DNA of 64,000 nt from Candidatus Bathyarchaeota archaeon (GTDB lineage: Archaea; Thermoproteota; Bathyarchaeia; Bathyarchaeales; Bathycorpusculaceae). Numbering within the stretch: position 1 is the first letter of the stretch; the number at the start of each line of letters is the position of its first letter. The position numbers and the translations under genes were made by a program. The stretch covers positions 64,001 to 128,000 of the forward strand of contig CAVYES010000005.1 in assembly GCA_963767735.1 (NCBI GenBank), in the 5' to 3' direction. Of this stretch, positions 61,815 to 64,000 are shown piece after piece. Under the pieces are notes generated by a model that was not told the DNA's origin, ran no database searches, and saw only the letters and a program-made list of their open reading frames with translations.

Positions 61815-62037
61815 AATCTTTCTTCCCCTTCTTTTTTTCGATTGAAAAATAGCTATTTTTTATCTGCTTTTCGGCAGTTTAAATTCGAGTTAGCGGAAGC
61901 TATTAACGTGTCCAGACAGGAAAATTAGAAGATAAGCATTGTTTGTTAAAAAAGCAAAACGCAATAGCTGTTCTGTTCGAGAACGCAAGTGTTCTGTGAA
62001 TAGAGTTAAATAAGGATTTGAACCAGAAGATTATTGG

Positions 62038-62244
62038 ATGATAGAAATGACGATTCAGTCGAGATTAAGTTTGTATGCGGTTCTAGGCTTTTTATCAGGC
62101 TTTTTCTTTGTTTTTCCCTTTGCCATCTATGAACTCAACATAATGGTCAATATAGTAACAAACATATTCCTTGTAGGTATTGCAGCCGCTAGCACGATTA
62201 CGGCAATCAAATTAATCTCTAATGGGAAAACAAATAGTTACTGA
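62038..62244 (+). CDS. Small two-TM protein
   Basis: Hydrophobic 68-aa ORF. Confidence 0.45.
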   Translation: MIEMTIQSRLSLYAVLGFLSGFFFVFPFAIYELNIMVNIVTNIFLVGIAAASTITAIKLISNGKTNSY

Positions 62245-62400
62245 TGGTTAGTGTCTTAATGGGCTTCTGAAACTTCGAATGCATTTAGACTTATGATGAT
62301 TGTTTGATTAGTCTTATGCCATAATATCGCTAAGAAACTTTATCATCAATATGTGAAATCGGTTGAATCAAGTTATGCCATAGATTGCATTGCATTCGCC

Positions 62401-63810
62401 CTACGGGACTTGAAAGTAGACTTTGTTGATGATACCGTTTCCCGTTGGGTGAGCAGTATCTAAAGGATAGGATTCGTTTCCGATAAAGGAACCATGCCCA
62501 TTGACTAAGACACTTTGTCCATTCACTACAACAATGTTTGGAACCGATGATGCGTAGGTGTGAGTTATTCCGTTGCTATCTACATAACAGCCTACGTAAG
62601 AGCTGCCTTGCGGTAAAGAAGATATAAAAAGGTGTAAGCTCGATTCGTTGGCGAAAAAGATACCTGTTGGGTGAGCAAGATCGAAGGAAGCGGATTCGTT
62701 ATAAAGAAAGACACTTTGTCCATTGGCTAAGGCGGCGTTTTCTTTTTGGAAAACGGTCTTTTGAACCTGCATGGTTGAATAGCCTAATATCAGAGCTGTG
62801 CAAACAAGAATGCCCAATAACAAGGCTGTAGCAATCATGTATCTACGTTTTTTAGAAGGTCTGGAAGCGACGGCATTTATGTTTTGTACTCTTTGGAATA
62901 TTTGTGGGTGTGTGGCAAGTATTGCGGGTCTGTGAGCAAGGGGGGATACAAGAAACAGCCCGGAAGAAAGTCTATCTGCAAGATTGGGCTTAGGAAACTC
63001 CTGCACCACTGCTTGAACTTTTGTAAGTACAGTGGCCATCAGCGCAGGTTTGTCAAGTAAAGCGGCGCCTTTTTGGTCAGCAAGCAGCTCGCGCTCCTTT
63101 TGAGACTGGGAAGCCGTGAAATATGAGAGTGGGTTAAAAAAGGAAAGAATGTTCAATGCGTATGTCGTGCTTTTGAAGATATAGTCGTTTGCTTTGACAT
63201 GGGCCAATTCATGGGACGCAACAGCTGTCAATTCATCGAGGTCAAGCATGTTTAGAAGACCCAATGAGAAAACTATAACTGTATTTCGGCCATAGCCGAC
63301 TGTGAAGGCATTAGGTAACAAGTCATCGACTAAGCCAACTTTCGGCTCAGAAATACGGAGTTTGTGGGCGGTTTCCTTAACTTTTTCTTGAAGAGACGCA
63401 TACTCCTCTTTAGCCATTATAACAACATGGAATCGCTTCAGGGCTATTTTCCTTCCGAAAAACATCATGAGAAGAAGATAAGCTGTGGCCGCAACTGCTC
63501 CGCTGATGCATAGCAAGCCTGTAAAAGAGAAGAAGCTGGGTGCCGAAGCAGCAACGCCCATGCCGGCTGGTACTGAAATCTGAGGCACAAAAGGCGTTGT
63601 GATTATTTCTGTTTGGGGGCGGAACAGCAATAACATGCAAACTGGAATGAACAGCGGTATGAGCCATATGATGCTTTGAATCCGCCTTGACATAAAGGGG
63701 TTAAGTTTCAAAAAGACCTTAGCACCGACAAAAGCTATAGAGAGAAACACTATTGAATAGAAGAAGTATGGCTGAAAGATTTGAAACAGAAAATCATTTA
63801 AGCCTACCAT
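62401..63810 (-). CDS. M48/M56 (BlaR1-like) membrane metallopeptidase, paralog of 28690-30015
   Basis: PNAFTVG, HELAH, ERELLAD; different C-terminal extracellular part. Confidence 0.9.
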   Translation of the reverse strand: MVGLNDFLFQIFQPYFFYSIVFLSIAFVGAKVFLKLNPFMSRRIQSIIWLIPLFIPVCMLLLFRPQTEIITTPFVPQISVPAGMGVAASAPSFFSFTGLLCISGAVAATAYLLLMMFFGRKIALKRFHVVIMAKEEYASLQEKVKETAHKLRISEPKVGLVDDLLPNAFTVGYGRNTVIVFSLGLLNMLDLDELTAVASHELAHVKANDYIFKSTTYALNILSFFNPLSYFTASQSQKERELLADQKGAALLDKPALMATVLTKVQAVVQEFPKPNLADRLSSGLFLVSPLAHRPAILATHPQIFQRVQNINAVASRPSKKRRYMIATALLLGILVCTALILGYSTMQVQKTVFQKENAALANGQSVFLYNESASFDLAHPTGIFFANESSLHLFISSLPQGSSYVGCYVDSNGITHTYASSVPNIVVVNGQSVLVNGHGSFIGNESYPLDTAHPTGNGIINKVYFQVP

Positions 63811-63816
63811 AAGTGG

Positions 63817-64000
63817 TCATTGCTTCTTTTCCCTTATTGTTTTATCGATTTTTTCTTTCAGAGCTTCCAACTGGTGGCCACTGGCCGCAGCTTTTTCGAC
63901 AAGGCAACTGGTGACGAGCTCGTCGAAGTTGTCTATGAGGCTGCTTAATACTTGGCGAACTGCGTCTTCTTTAAATTTTTGTTCTTCAAGCTTGGGCCAG
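63817..64000 (-). CDS. BlaI/MecI/CopY repressor, 3' part
   Basis: WPKLEEQKFKEDAVRQVLSSLIDNFDELVTSCL matches 30023-30475. Confidence 0.85.
   Translation of the reverse strand, partial: WPKLEEQKFKEDAVRQVLSSLIDNFDELVTSCLVEKAAASGHQLEALKEKIDKTIREKKQ

Larger units (their letters stand above)
10294..64000. mobile_element. Composite genomic island anchored at tRNA-Arg (right end not seen)
   Basis: Repeated tRNA 3' fragments, two tyrosine integrases, IS/DDE genes, Rep, phage tail genes, no core genes recognised. Confidence 0.75.

Noticed and set aside
62014-62024. Inverted GGTTCAAATCC as another att site
   Set aside because: Only 11 bp, on the opposite strand, with no acceptor-stem similarity; may be chance

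Overview
Archaeal DNA, probably Bathyarchaeia (inferred from class I LysRS, UPF0147/UPF0148, TATA promoters and integrase style). Bases 1-9.3 kb are housekeeping genes with many single-base indels, including in lysS; these are most likely sequencing errors. A two-domain AbrB/MraZ-like gene with two 10-bp-phased repeat arrays precedes tRNA-Arg(GCG) at 10218-10293. Everything downstream is one composite island. It is divided into modules by same-strand copies of tRNA 3' ends: Arg-type at 12655, 18895, 28248 and 33614, loop-variant copies at 39549 and 41893, and Ala-type at 43828, 44641 and 51057. The modules carry surface proteins, membrane-anchored wHTH regulators, a tyrosine integrase, two convergent DDE proteins, BlaI/peptidase/ABC sets, an ATPase gene flanked by inverted repeats, and an MNT-HEPN pair. 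A 6.4-kb rolling-circle element has an integrase split by its att site, and the promoter/N-terminal piece is triplicated. The window ends with an apparently intact siphovirus-type tail operon, with a -1 frameshift site and inserted cargo genes but no head or packaging genes in the window. All calls were made by eye; no database searches were run.
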